Of a stretch of 64,000 nucleotides of DNA, positions 40,451 to 50,289 are shown in pieces. Numbering within the stretch: position 1 is the stretch's first letter; the number at the start of each line of letters is the position of its first letter. A model generated the notes under the pieces. The model did not search any database. It had not been told where the DNA came from and saw only the letters and a list, made by a program, of their open reading frames with translations. Location of the stretch: assembly GCA_030867685.1 (NCBI GenBank), contig JAQOWU010000008.1:558001-622000 (forward strand). Reading direction: 5' to 3'. Position numbers and translations under genes: made by a program. This DNA is from Wickerhamiella versatilis. Lineage: Eukaryota.

Positions 40451-41158
40451 ATGGCGCAGTTTAAGTATTATGCAGTGAAGAGAGGGCGAAATTCAGGTAT
40501 ATATAAGTCCTGGCCGGAAGCAAAAGCACAGACTGACGGATATCCTGGTGCAATTTTTAAGTCGTTCAAGGATGTTGCGAGTGCAAAAAAGTACCTCAAT
40601 TCAGCAACATATCAGCTACCAAAACGTGACAGGAGTAACAAAACACGTATTATGGAAGAAACTAGTTCTAATTATGACTTGAATGGTAAACAAGACCATG
40701 TCTTTACTGTCTATACTGATGGAAGTTCTTTAAGCAACGGACAGCATAATTCAAAAGCAGGCTATGGAATTCATTGGCCAAATTTTCCCGAATTAGATAC
40801 GTCTGGGGCTGTTACTGGTGAACAGACTAATAATAGGGGAGAACTAACCGCGATTAAGAAATCCTTGATGCAGGCCAGCAACTTCTTGCACAAACATGAT
40901 ACTCTAACGATCAAAGCAGATTCCGAATATTCTATCAACTGCCTCGGGAAATGGGGGGATGCATGGGAACGTAATGCTTGGTCAAGAAAGGCTGGTGGTG
41001 TCATAAAAAACTTGGAGCTCATTCAGGAAACACGGGCACTCATGAAAAGTCTTAGAGATATGGGTATCACTGTGAACTTAGAACATGTCAGAGGCCATAG
41101 TAATGAGCCAGGAAATGAGCGTGCTGATGAACTTGCGCGATTAGGAGCGAAAAGGTGA
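40451..41158 (+). CDS. RNH1: Ribonuclease H1
   Basis: Hybrid-binding domain YYAVKRGR..GIYKSW; VYTDGS, QTNNRGEL, DSEYSI, HVRGHS..PGNE.AD.LA. Confidence 0.95.
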   Translation: MAQFKYYAVKRGRNSGIYKSWPEAKAQTDGYPGAIFKSFKDVASAKKYLNSATYQLPKRDRSNKTRIMEETSSNYDLNGKQDHVFTVYTDGSSLSNGQHNSKAGYGIHWPNFPELDTSGAVTGEQTNNRGELTAIKKSLMQASNFLHKHDTLTIKADSEYSINCLGKWGDAWERNAWSRKAGGVIKNLELIQETRALMKSLRDMGITVNLEHVRGHSNEPGNERADELARLGAKR

Positions 41159-41220
41159 TATTATAGGCTGATAGCATACGAAAGAGAAAACGCATTTTAG
41201 ATATATGTTCTAAGAGATAA

Positions 41221-42165
41221 TTATAGCATAACCCATAGAAATAGTAGAAGTATAATGAGCAAACCTCTTCCTCTCCATGTTTGGAATGCCCATAAGCTTC
41301 TTCCAATCACTAAGTTCGACACCAATGTGATATTGGGATATAAATCACCTGAAGAAATCTTTTCCGTACACAGTTTAATTTCCTCCGTATCACCACTAGG
41401 TACTGTTACCGCGAGATAAACGGGACGATGGTCAGAGACACGATACGAGAAGATACTATCATATATCAGTGGTTGAGCATTTGAAAAAAGTATTCTATCA
41501 CACCACGATGGTTTCCTTTTGTTATTATAGAAATTTGTGTTTGGGAGAAACTTGTATGTTGGCTTGAAGTTAATATGTGCTTCATCAAGACCCCAAAGTG
41601 TTTTTCCCTTGCTCTTTTCTAAAGTTAGCTCATCAGTGTTTTCTTTGGTTACACGGTAATTGAGATCACCGAAGAGAAATAGTGAGTTACAGGAGTAAAT
41701 GCCAGTACCATCTAAGAATCGTAATCGTGACGCAATAAGAGCACAATGCTGGTTACGCTCATTCACACGACCTTCATTTGCGGCAAGATGGGCAGATACA
41801 AAAACAATCCCATCCACTTTAATTGCTGCCGCACCTTTCAAACTCGACCACCCAATACCAAAAGAAGCTGAGGCCTTGTCTACATTCCGAGGAATATTAC
41901 ATGTCCAAACTATGACTGCAGTCGACCCCACCACACTAATTCCACTCCATTTAAATTGACTATATCTTTCTGATATAGCTTGCTCGAATGGTGCCAAATA
42001 ACTTTCTTGCCACTGCAACAGTGACTCCATGAGAGGACAAACCTCTTGCAAGCCCAAAGCTAAAAAGTCTGAGTCCACAAGATTTAATGAATCAAATAGC
42101 TGCTTCAAGAGAGCAGGTGGTTGTCTCGATTTACCACAGTTTAGCGTAACAATAGTACCACGCAT
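41221..42165 (-). CDS. INP54: Inositol polyphosphate 5-phosphatase with C-terminal membrane anchor
   Basis: LGLQE, LKGA, AHLAANEG, FGDLNYR, PTYK, PSWCDRIL, SDHRPV; hydrophobic tail. Confidence 0.85.
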   Translation of the reverse strand: MRGTIVTLNCGKSRQPPALLKQLFDSLNLVDSDFLALGLQEVCPLMESLLQWQESYLAPFEQAISERYSQFKWSGISVVGSTAVIVWTCNIPRNVDKASASFGIGWSSLKGAAAIKVDGIVFVSAHLAANEGRVNERNQHCALIASRLRFLDGTGIYSCNSLFLFGDLNYRVTKENTDELTLEKSKGKTLWGLDEAHINFKPTYKFLPNTNFYNNKRKPSWCDRILFSNAQPLIYDSIFSYRVSDHRPVYLAVTVPSGDTEEIKLCTEKISSGDLYPNITLVSNLVIGRSLWAFQTWRGRGLLIILLLFLWVML

Positions 42166-42273
42166 CAGCGGTGCTGCCGGGATCCCAGCGGAAGTTGCTT
42201 ACCCACCACACCATACTTGATACAAACAATATCAATATAAGCTAATTAAACAAGTTCGATAGCTTTAGCATAG

Positions 42274-43140
42274 TTATTGTTTATAATTCTCACTGGCCCA
42301 TTTCCGTAAATTTTCTGTGGATTTGGTAGCGCCATCGATACTATATATCACATTCGAACCTATAGAGTCAAGGTAATCGGCAACAGCCCCATAATTCCTG
42401 GCCACCTGTGCGACAGAATGCGAATCATCAGAAAGACAAAATTTACCACCTTCCGAAACAATTAATTGAGCAACATCGCGCTGAGGATATGGAGTATCCC
42501 ACCCTTTCGAAAGAGCCGCAGTATTAATTTCAAACAAGCATCCACGCCTGACGCCTTCCGCCACATTGCGTTTCACAAGGGGCCAGACTGCAGTGAGGTC
42601 ATTAGTAGGAGAAAAGAGTCGGATAAGATCAAAGTGGCCGATCGCTGGTGGAGACAAGCGGGTTATTATTTCATACTGAGAATCAAAATATTGCGTGAAA
42701 AGACCCTCAATACCACCACATTTTGCTTTTGCTAATTCCCAAGTTGGCTTGTCAATATCAATTGGAATTTCATTCACAAAATGGACTGATCCAATCCAAA
42801 GATCAGGCTTGTATTTGGAGATTAGGGAAGAAATAAATTCACAGGATCTCTCATCGATAAACTCCGCTTCAAATCCCACCAATACCTTTATCTCAGACAT
42901 ATATTTACTACGGAGTGATCTTGCTTTTAGAAAGTAAGAATCAAATGTTTCCACTAGTTGTTCAGGTGTAGTCCCTGACTCCTTCTCCTCGTCATAGAGA
43001 TGAGTTTCTTTGAGTCTTGGCATATGCTCAGTGGTACACATAAGGTCCATTTTAAGCTCAATTGCCCGTCTTATCATCCCCTCCAGATCATCGACCGCAT
43101 GCTGGCAGAACGATCCAGAGTGAGAATGATGAGTATGCAT
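42274..43140 (-). CDS. HIS2: Histidinol-phosphatase (PHP family)
   Basis: MHTHHSHSGSFC.HA, TEHMPR, GSVH, GHFDLIRL, EINT, LSDDSH. Confidence 0.95.
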   Translation of the reverse strand: MHTHHSHSGSFCQHAVDDLEGMIRRAIELKMDLMCTTEHMPRLKETHLYDEEKESGTTPEQLVETFDSYFLKARSLRSKYMSEIKVLVGFEAEFIDERSCEFISSLISKYKPDLWIGSVHFVNEIPIDIDKPTWELAKAKCGGIEGLFTQYFDSQYEIITRLSPPAIGHFDLIRLFSPTNDLTAVWPLVKRNVAEGVRRGCLFEINTAALSKGWDTPYPQRDVAQLIVSEGGKFCLSDDSHSVAQVARNYGAVADYLDSIGSNVIYSIDGATKSTENLRKWASENYKQ

Positions 43141-43504
43141 GTAACGATAACATAAGCATCGCGTAACTGAACGTTTAAATTTTTCATAAATTTTTAATAT
43201 GAATGTTTGGAAAATACGACAAGGACTAGCCTATTTAAATCAATTAACCCATCAACCTAGGTATTCTGTGCGATAGATTTTAACTTTCTCGAGCCATACA
43301 GAAAGTGAATTGAAAAAACAAAAAGATATATATACGCTCGGAAACTCGTAAAAGGTTATGCACTGTCTAAAATATCATCTTGTAAGACTTGTTAGAACCG
43401 ATACCCCTCTATTTTATACATAAATATGCTCATCGTGTAACACGGGAATCCATACGTATATATATATTACTAACTACAACGTGATCTTTCAACATATCTC
43501 CACC

Positions 43505-44965
43505 ATGCCTGCCGTCATAAACTCAGTACTGGAAGCCATAGGTGACACCCCGATGGTCAAACTCAATCGCATACCCCAGGAAGAAGGTATTGAAGCTACC
43601 GTATTAGCAAAACTCGAATATTTCAATGCTGGGGGATCTGTTAAAGACCGAATCGCGAAACGAATGATACTCGAAGCTGAAAAATCTGGTCGCATTAAGC
43701 CAGGATATACTCTAATTGAGCCCACGAGTGGTAACACCGGAATAGGCTTGGCACTAGTCGGCGCTGTTCGGGGATATCGCACAATAATTACTCTTCCGGA
43801 AAAAATGTCGAACGAGAAAGTAAGTGTATTGAAAGCACTTGGTGCAGAAATTGTACGTACACCCACCGAAGCAGCTTGGGATTCACCAGAAAGCCATATC
43901 GGTGTGGCACGGCGGTTAGAGAAGGAAATTCCAAATGCTGTTATTCTTGACCAATATAACAACCCCGACAACCCCAAAGCACATGAAGTTGGAACCGGAG
44001 AGGAGATTTGGGAACAAACTGGTGGTAACATCACAGCTGTTGTTGCTGGAGCAGGAACTGGTGGTACTGTAACTGGTATTGCTAGAGCCATCAAGAGCCA
44101 TGACAAAAATGTACGCGTGATAGGCGCTGACCCGAAGGGATCAGTATTAGCACAACCGGCCTCATTGAATTCAAGTCACGAAAGCTATAAAGTGGAAGGA
44201 ATAGGTTATGATTTTATCCCCGATGTTCTTGACAGATCGGAGGTGGATGAATGGATCAAAACTGACGATAAAGAAAGTTTCAACCTAGCGCGAAGACTTA
44301 TCAAGGAGGAAGGTCTTTTGGTCGGTGGCTCTTCGGGTAGTGCTCTTGCTGCAGCGCTGAAAGTCGCCAAGGACTTGAAGAAGGGGGACACTGTTGTAGT
44401 GATATTCCCTGATTCGCTCCGTTCGTACCTAACTAAATTCGTTGACGATGACTGGATGGACTATAACGGCTTTTTGGATAAGCCTAATATTTCAGGTGGA
44501 GTCAAGCCGACTGTGGCAGATCTGCGCCTGAAACCAGTAGTCACTATTTTGGAATCATCAAATACTGGATCCGCTGTCGATACAATGCATGATAAAGGAT
44601 TTGATCAACTCCCAGTCAAAAATTCTCAAAATCGTTTGGTGGGTATCGTTACTCTTGGTAACATTTTGTCATTCATGAGCCATGGAAAGGCAACAGTGGA
44701 TAGTCCAATTAGGGATGTAATGATTGACTTCCGAAAACTTGAAAGCTTTGCAAAGCCAGAACCATTGGCTACGGATATTCACAAGCGTCAACGAAGGAAA
44801 TTTACTGAAATCACGGAATCTACCCCTCTCGACGCCTTGAATAAATTTTTCGAGACCAACTCAGCTGCTATAGTGACGGAACGCACTTCTGAAGGCCTTC
44901 GAGCAAAGCATGTTGTAACAAAAGTGGATCTTTTAGCCTACCTTGCGAGACATCCTACAGCATAG
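43505..44965 (+). CDS. CYS4: Cystathionine beta-synthase with CBS domains
   Basis: NAGGSVKDRIA, EPTSGNTGIGLA, GAGTGGT, VEGIGYDFIP, GFDQLPV. Confidence 0.97.
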   Translation: MPAVINSVLEAIGDTPMVKLNRIPQEEGIEATVLAKLEYFNAGGSVKDRIAKRMILEAEKSGRIKPGYTLIEPTSGNTGIGLALVGAVRGYRTIITLPEKMSNEKVSVLKALGAEIVRTPTEAAWDSPESHIGVARRLEKEIPNAVILDQYNNPDNPKAHEVGTGEEIWEQTGGNITAVVAGAGTGGTVTGIARAIKSHDKNVRVIGADPKGSVLAQPASLNSSHESYKVEGIGYDFIPDVLDRSEVDEWIKTDDKESFNLARRLIKEEGLLVGGSSGSALAAALKVAKDLKKGDTVVVIFPDSLRSYLTKFVDDDWMDYNGFLDKPNISGGVKPTVADLRLKPVVTILESSNTGSAVDTMHDKGFDQLPVKNSQNRLVGIVTLGNILSFMSHGKATVDSPIRDVMIDFRKLESFAKPEPLATDIHKRQRRKFTEITESTPLDALNKFFETNSAAIVTERTSEGLRAKHVVTKVDLLAYLARHPTA

Positions 44966-45027
44966 TATTTTTTTTGACTATATTCTTCTAGCTTATTGTA
45001 TCAAACAGGGGGTCAACCTCTCTTAAG

Positions 45028-45423
45028 TTATTTTGGCTGTTTCAACCCAATAATGTCATATAGTCCCTTGAGATCCTCCTCCCGTAAATTTATTCCTTCT
45101 CGGTGCATCACATCGCGGAGTTTAGAAAATTGCTCCCTAACATCCTTGTCAAATAGCAGTTTCATCTGCTTCATAACTCCTATATCCCCATTATAGCCCT
45201 TTTCCTGTAGGATTTCAGCAGTCTGTTGCAAAGTACTCATCGCATTCTCAGATTTCGCTAGTCGATTTATGAGTGGATTTGACATCATCTTTTGAAGCAT
45301 CTCAGGGCTGACATGTGGTCCTTGACTAAAACTACGACGACATGATGCGTTAAATGAGCGTGATACGAGATGCTTCTGCGATGTGAGGTACCAAGTCGTA
45401 GGGATTCTGATTCCTCTCATCAT
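45028..45423 (-). CDS. Hypothetical small protein with mitochondrial presequence-like N-terminus
   Basis: 131 aa; Arg/Ser-rich acid-free N-terminus followed by a helical, Met-rich region. Confidence 0.6.
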   Translation of the reverse strand: MMRGIRIPTTWYLTSQKHLVSRSFNASCRRSFSQGPHVSPEMLQKMMSNPLINRLAKSENAMSTLQQTAEILQEKGYNGDIGVMKQMKLLFDKDVREQFSKLRDVMHREGINLREEDLKGLYDIIGLKQPK

Positions 45424-45450
45424 AACGTAAGGTGGAAACTAACATATAAG

Positions 45451-45897
45451 TTAGCTATACATTTGTCTGAGGTTGCGAACCTGTTGCTGCTGGTCTCCAG
45501 GTAAAAGCCTAATCTGCTCCTCTGTTAATTGCAATACCGCTCTAATCATCTCTGCCTGTTGGGAGTCCAATCCTTTCAATTTGTCTTCGGTAGACTTCGG
45601 CTGACCAACAACATCCGATTCTTCTTGTGGGGGCGGTGCCTGATTAGAGTTGATATTAGAAGCTTTCATGGCCTCCTCAATGACGTTTTCATCGACTAAA
45701 CCCATTAAAAACATAGCCTGTAGCACTGCGTAAGCTAAATCAGGATTCTGTTCTAGTAGCGCACGCGCCTGTTCAGGATCTTTTGCCAATAAAGGCTTCA
45801 ATCCCTCGATTACCTCGAGTAATTGTGACGGCTTGTACTTGTCTAGGTTCTGTGAAACTGCATCAGGCGCTACTAATTGTCGCTCATCTTCAGACAT
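45451..45897 (-). CDS. CstF-64 family paralogue: hinge + C-terminal domain, no RRM (possibly Pti1-like)
   Basis: Hinge PDAVSQNL...QLLEVI...PEQARALLEQNPDLAYAVLQAMFLMG; C-terminal QQAEMIRAVLQLTEEQIRLLP..QQ..V..LR. Confidence 0.78.
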   Translation of the reverse strand: MSEDERQLVAPDAVSQNLDKYKPSQLLEVIEGLKPLLAKDPEQARALLEQNPDLAYAVLQAMFLMGLVDENVIEEAMKASNINSNQAPPPQEESDVVGQPKSTEDKLKGLDSQQAEMIRAVLQLTEEQIRLLPGDQQQQVRNLRQMYS

Positions 45898-46068
45898 TGA
45901 TGACTCATGAAATAGTGTTGATAATCGAATACAATAGAGTGAACTTTTAAAAAAATTATTCAATCTTCTAAACTACTAGTACATGAAAAATAACTATTCC
46001 ACAATCAGACAACGGTTAATAAGTTCGAATAGCCATTTCTCGTATAAATATTTTAACACACGTCCTTT

Positions 46069-46830
46069 TTAAACAGTGTACTCACCAGACAAAACTTTTT
46101 GCCGAATATCTAGAACTGCTTGACGTTGAGCGGGTTGGAGCATCGAAATTTGTGCATCACTTAATGACATGACTTGTCTAATTACACTAGGGTCCGGGCC
46201 TGGTGTCACAGATGGGGAAGATTCCGACTCCCTAGAAGGGGCTTGCACTGGCGCTGGCGAATCCTCTTTCTGTGTACCACCACCACGACGCCTCAATCTC
46301 TGTTGACCACGTTTGCGTGCTTGTGGGTTTTCATTCGGGAGCTTTGGAAGGAGAGTATCAGCTCGTGACTGGTCAATTTTCCCTATATCAATCATTGTTT
46401 GAACTAGCGCGTAGGCAAGTTGAGGACTCTCCTCGAGAGTCTCAAGAGCATAGCTACGACTATCCAGAATAAACTGTTTAAAGTCATTAAGTAACTTTAC
46501 TTTCTCATCTTGTGACATGTCGTTTATGAGACTCGCAATATGACCGATGGCCGTGATATCCTCACCATCAGCTCGCTCTTCATTTCCTCCCCCCGCAGCT
46601 GTTACCTGTAGATTTAGCTGACCCACTTTGTAGTTATCCAAATTTCTGACAGCAGAAGCTGCAGTCTCTGTGTCGTAGAAGTCAACAAAAGCATACCCCC
46701 GGGACTTGCCTGTGTTTTTATCCATAATAAGCCTAACATCTTTAACCGGTCCTGCAGAACGGAATATGTCTGTCAGCTGCTCTTCAGTGAAGTCGAAGGG
46801 GATCCGACGTACATATACTGTGGTCGACAT
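46069..46830 (-). CDS. RNA15: Cleavage factor subunit Rna15/CstF-64
   Basis: RRM IPFDFTEEQL...TGKSRGYAFVDF..ETAASAVRNL; hinge PQLAYALVQ; C-terminal VIRQVMSLSDAQISML. Confidence 0.88.
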   Translation of the reverse strand: MSTTVYVRRIPFDFTEEQLTDIFRSAGPVKDVRLIMDKNTGKSRGYAFVDFYDTETAASAVRNLDNYKVGQLNLQVTAAGGGNEERADGEDITAIGHIASLINDMSQDEKVKLLNDFKQFILDSRSYALETLEESPQLAYALVQTMIDIGKIDQSRADTLLPKLPNENPQARKRGQQRLRRRGGGTQKEDSPAPVQAPSRESESSPSVTPGPDPSVIRQVMSLSDAQISMLQPAQRQAVLDIRQKVLSGEYTV

Positions 46831-47957
46831 TCACCTTCTTCCTACTAACAGCAGCCCACCGAGAATACGCTTATATAAGACCTCATAGCAGCATAAAAGC
46901 TGTTCAAGCCAAAGAGGTGTTCGGAGACTTCACATATATATGGCATTGTAAGGTTAGATTAACTTGAGATTGTATATCTATTATATACTCTCAAATTGGG
47001 TAAAGTAGAGAGCGAGGGAGATGTAATTGATTGGGTCTTATCCAGCTTTGACCTCACCCCACACATCATTGACATTTCGGTAGCTCACTTTCTTACAATT
47101 ATTCTAGCATCCGAAGAATTTGTTTATTGCTGTGATTAAGAGGTCTAATTCAATAGCTGTATGCGAATACAGAGGCTTATACTGCTATTTCAAGTCAGGA
47201 TCCCTAGAAGACTAAAAATCCCTTCAATCCTCCCATTAAGATAATGAGAACAGGTACTGTCCAATCTAAAATAATAATTAGAGTAGACAGAAACTTTTAT
47301 CGTTTACCTCGCCTTGGCCTTAAGTCTTACTATGCTGTGTTTATCAAAGTCGAAAAGCCACAGACCAAATCGTGATTGAAGAAAAAGAGTATAAATATTT
47401 TTCGTTTAGCCATAATACCAACGCGCTAGATAGTGGCATTCACGTGTTGTACGAAGAGATATAGTTTATTGCCAAAATCCACTGACTAACATACTGGGGC
47501 TTGATTACGGCTAAATTAAAAGAAGCATCGCGAATGCCTAGTAAATCCTGTTCAGCTACTGTTATCTCATAAGTGGTGATTGGCAGTTCACTTCTTGATT
47601 CCAAAGCTTTACAAGGTGGGCACACTGCGATCGTAACCCTCGGGGCTAAATGACTACAAGTTTGAATGATAGTGTGTAGGGTAGGGGTATCATCAGGGAG
47701 CGACTTGAGCAATGAGACGCACACCAATTTACGTATGAAACCAAAATAAAAGCAGGCTAATAAGATGAGATCAATTTTTGCAGATGTAAATTTCTTCTTT
47801 CACTAATGCAGAATACTGACAACAGCGCGATTTCGGCGACTGACGATGACCAATGAGCAAATGGCTAATTAGATTACTCACACCGTTTTCGGCGATGCAA
47901 CCGATATCGGAATGCTCTTATAAGAGTCTGGCACATTATTGTAATCAGAAAGATATT

Positions 47958-50255
47958 ATGGTGGGGAAAACACTGTATGACAAGGTCTTTGAAGACCATA
48001 TTGTAAGAAAAGAGGATGAGAAAACATATCTCGTTTACATCGACCGCCACTTGATCCATGAGGTCACTTCACCTCAAGCTTTCGAGGGTCTGCGAAATGC
48101 GGGACGGAAAGTTCGTCGCACTGACTGCACATTAGCAACAGTTGATCACAATATACCTACAAGCTCACGAAATTCCTATAAAGATACCAAATCCTTTATT
48201 CAGGAGGAAGATAGCCGAACTCAAGTTTTGGCCCTTGAACGAAATGTCAAGGATTTTGGGGTGAGATATTTTGGAATGACCGACAACCGTCAAGGTATTG
48301 TGCATGTTGTTGGCCCAGAAGAAGGTTTTACACTTCCTGGAACTACAGTTGTGTGTGGTGATTCTCATACATCAACCCATGGAGCTTTTGGAGCCTTAGC
48401 ATTTGGCATTGGTACATCAGAAGTTGAGCATGTGCTTGCCACGCAAACTCTCATGCAGTCGAAGTCTAAAAACATGCGTATTATGGTTAATGGGAAGCTA
48501 GCGCCTGGAATCACTTCGAAAGATTTGATGCTCCACATCATTCATGTTGTCGGAACAGCAGGAGGCACAGGACACGTAATGGAATTCGCTGGAGAGGCTA
48601 TAAGGGATCTATCCGTGGAAGCACGTATGTCGATGTGTAACATGTCGATTGAAGCTGGTGCTCGCGCAGGTATGGTGGCACCTGATGAAAAAACTTTGGA
48701 ATACGTTAAGGGGCGTACCCTGGCACCTGAGGGGGCTGAATGGGAGAAGGCTTTAGCATATTGGAACACTCTAAAGTCTGATGATGATGCCAAGTTTGAC
48801 ACGGAGGTTATCATCAATGCCGAAGAAGTTACGCCTACCATCACCTGGGGTACTAGTCCTCAGGATGCTTTACCCATTACTTCTACAGTCCCGGACCCTT
48901 CTAAAGAGAGTGATGACATTCGCAAAGGAGGTATGGAACGCTCACTATCTTATATGGGTTTGCAGGCGAACCAACCACTCACCAGTATTGTTTTCGACAA
49001 GGTGTTTATTGGTTCTTGTACGAACTCGCGTATTGAAGACCTCAAAGCTGCAGCTTCCATCGTGAAGGGCAGGAAAATTGCCTCTAATATCAAGCGTGCA
49101 ATGGTTGTCCCTGGTTCTGGCCTCGTGAAAAAGCAGGCTGAGGTAGAAGGTCTGGACAAGATTTTTATCGAGGCTGGATTTGAGTGGAGAGAAGCCGGAT
49201 GCTCCATGTGTCTAGGTATGAATGCTGATATTCTTTCCCCGCATGAGCGCTGTGCATCTACGTCGAACAGAAACTTTGAAGGTCGGCAGGGTGCTCTTGG
49301 TAGAACTCACCTCATGTCTCCAGTCATGGCTGCAGCTGCCGCAGTTGCAGGCCATGTTGTCGATGCACGTGAGTTCATGTCGCCTCAGATGGCGTCCTCA
49401 CCTAAGTTGGATGTTCAGCAACCTCAGGTTAAAAAGCAGAAATCCGAAACCCAAAACTTCACACCAGAGCCTACACCGGAACCCAATAGCATCAATAAGG
49501 CTGAGGAAAAGGTAGAGCAGAGCATGCCTGAGGAAACCCCAGCTCAGGCCCATGTCAATTCAGGAGACGGTACTGGCATTCCGAAATTCCTTATCGAATC
49601 AGGGATTGCCGCCCCTATTGCCAAGGAAAATGTTGATACGGATGCAATTATTCCGAAGCAATTCTTGAAGACCATTAAGCGTACAGGGCTGGCAGTAGGG
49701 CTCTTTTTCGAACTGCGTAATGCCCCTAATGATAAAGGTGAACTTCAGAAGACTGATTTCTGTCTAAATGTAGAGCCTTGGACGAAGTCGAAGATACTTG
49801 TAGTCAAGGGAAGTAACTTTGGTTGCGGATCTTCGCGTGAACATGCCCCTTGGGCCTTAGCTGATTTCGGTATACGTTCAGTGATTGCTCCGTCGTTTGG
49901 TGATATATTTTACAATAACTCTCTGAAAAATGGTTTGCTCCCCATAAGACTTCCCCAAGAGGTCATTGAGGAAAAATTATATCCTATTGCTGAGAAGGGT
50001 GGAGAGTTCAGTATTGATCTTCCCAACCAGCGGATCCTCGCTGAGAATGGAGACATTCTTGTTCCTAATTTCGCCATTGACCAGTTTCGAAAGTATTGTT
50101 TAGTAAATGGACTTGATGATATCGGCATCACCCTTAAGAATGAAGGAGATATTTCCAACTTTGAGAAAAAGCGGGATATCACCTTCTCTTTCTTGAATTC
50201 AAGTGGACGTACTCTTCCCGCCAAGACTAAAAAGAGTACTAAATTAGACTGGTAA
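47958..50255 (+). CDS. LEU1: 3-isopropylmalate dehydratase
   Basis: [57 protein letters not shown]. Confidence 0.98.
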   Translation: MVGKTLYDKVFEDHIVRKEDEKTYLVYIDRHLIHEVTSPQAFEGLRNAGRKVRRTDCTLATVDHNIPTSSRNSYKDTKSFIQEEDSRTQVLALERNVKDFGVRYFGMTDNRQGIVHVVGPEEGFTLPGTTVVCGDSHTSTHGAFGALAFGIGTSEVEHVLATQTLMQSKSKNMRIMVNGKLAPGITSKDLMLHIIHVVGTAGGTGHVMEFAGEAIRDLSVEARMSMCNMSIEAGARAGMVAPDEKTLEYVKGRTLAPEGAEWEKALAYWNTLKSDDDAKFDTEVIINAEEVTPTITWGTSPQDALPITSTVPDPSKESDDIRKGGMERSLSYMGLQANQPLTSIVFDKVFIGSCTNSRIEDLKAAASIVKGRKIASNIKRAMVVPGSGLVKKQAEVEGLDKIFIEAGFEWREAGCSMCLGMNADILSPHERCASTSNRNFEGRQGALGRTHLMSPVMAAAAAVAGHVVDAREFMSPQMASSPKLDVQQPQVKKQKSETQNFTPEPTPEPNSINKAEEKVEQSMPEETPAQAHVNSGDGTGIPKFLIESGIAAPIAKENVDTDAIIPKQFLKTIKRTGLAVGLFFELRNAPNDKGELQKTDFCLNVEPWTKSKILVVKGSNFGCGSSREHAPWALADFGIRSVIAPSFGDIFYNNSLKNGLLPIRLPQEVIEEKLYPIAEKGGEFSIDLPNQRILAENGDILVPNFAIDQFRKYCLVNGLDDIGITLKNEGDISNFEKKRDITFSFLNSSGRTLPAKTKKSTKLDW

Positions 50256-50289
50256 ACTATGGTCATATTCATATTTTTAAATGCAGTAT

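Noticed and set aside
40451-41158. RNase H as a retrotransposon remnant
   Set aside because: Has the cellular RNase H1 hybrid-binding domain; no RT, integrase or LTR nearby
43457-43504. TACTAAC upstream of CYS4 suggesting a 5' intron
   Set aside because: No AG acceptor between the branch motif and the ATG, and no good donor
46843-46851. TACTAACAG on the plus strand upstream of RNA15
   Set aside because: Wrong strand for RNA15, and no plus-strand exon pair found
46900-47950. 1-kb gap between RNA15 and LEU1, including a 95-aa minus-strand ORF
   Set aside because: Non-ATG ORF without motifs; no tRNA, snRNA or LTR signature recognised; treated as a divergent promoter
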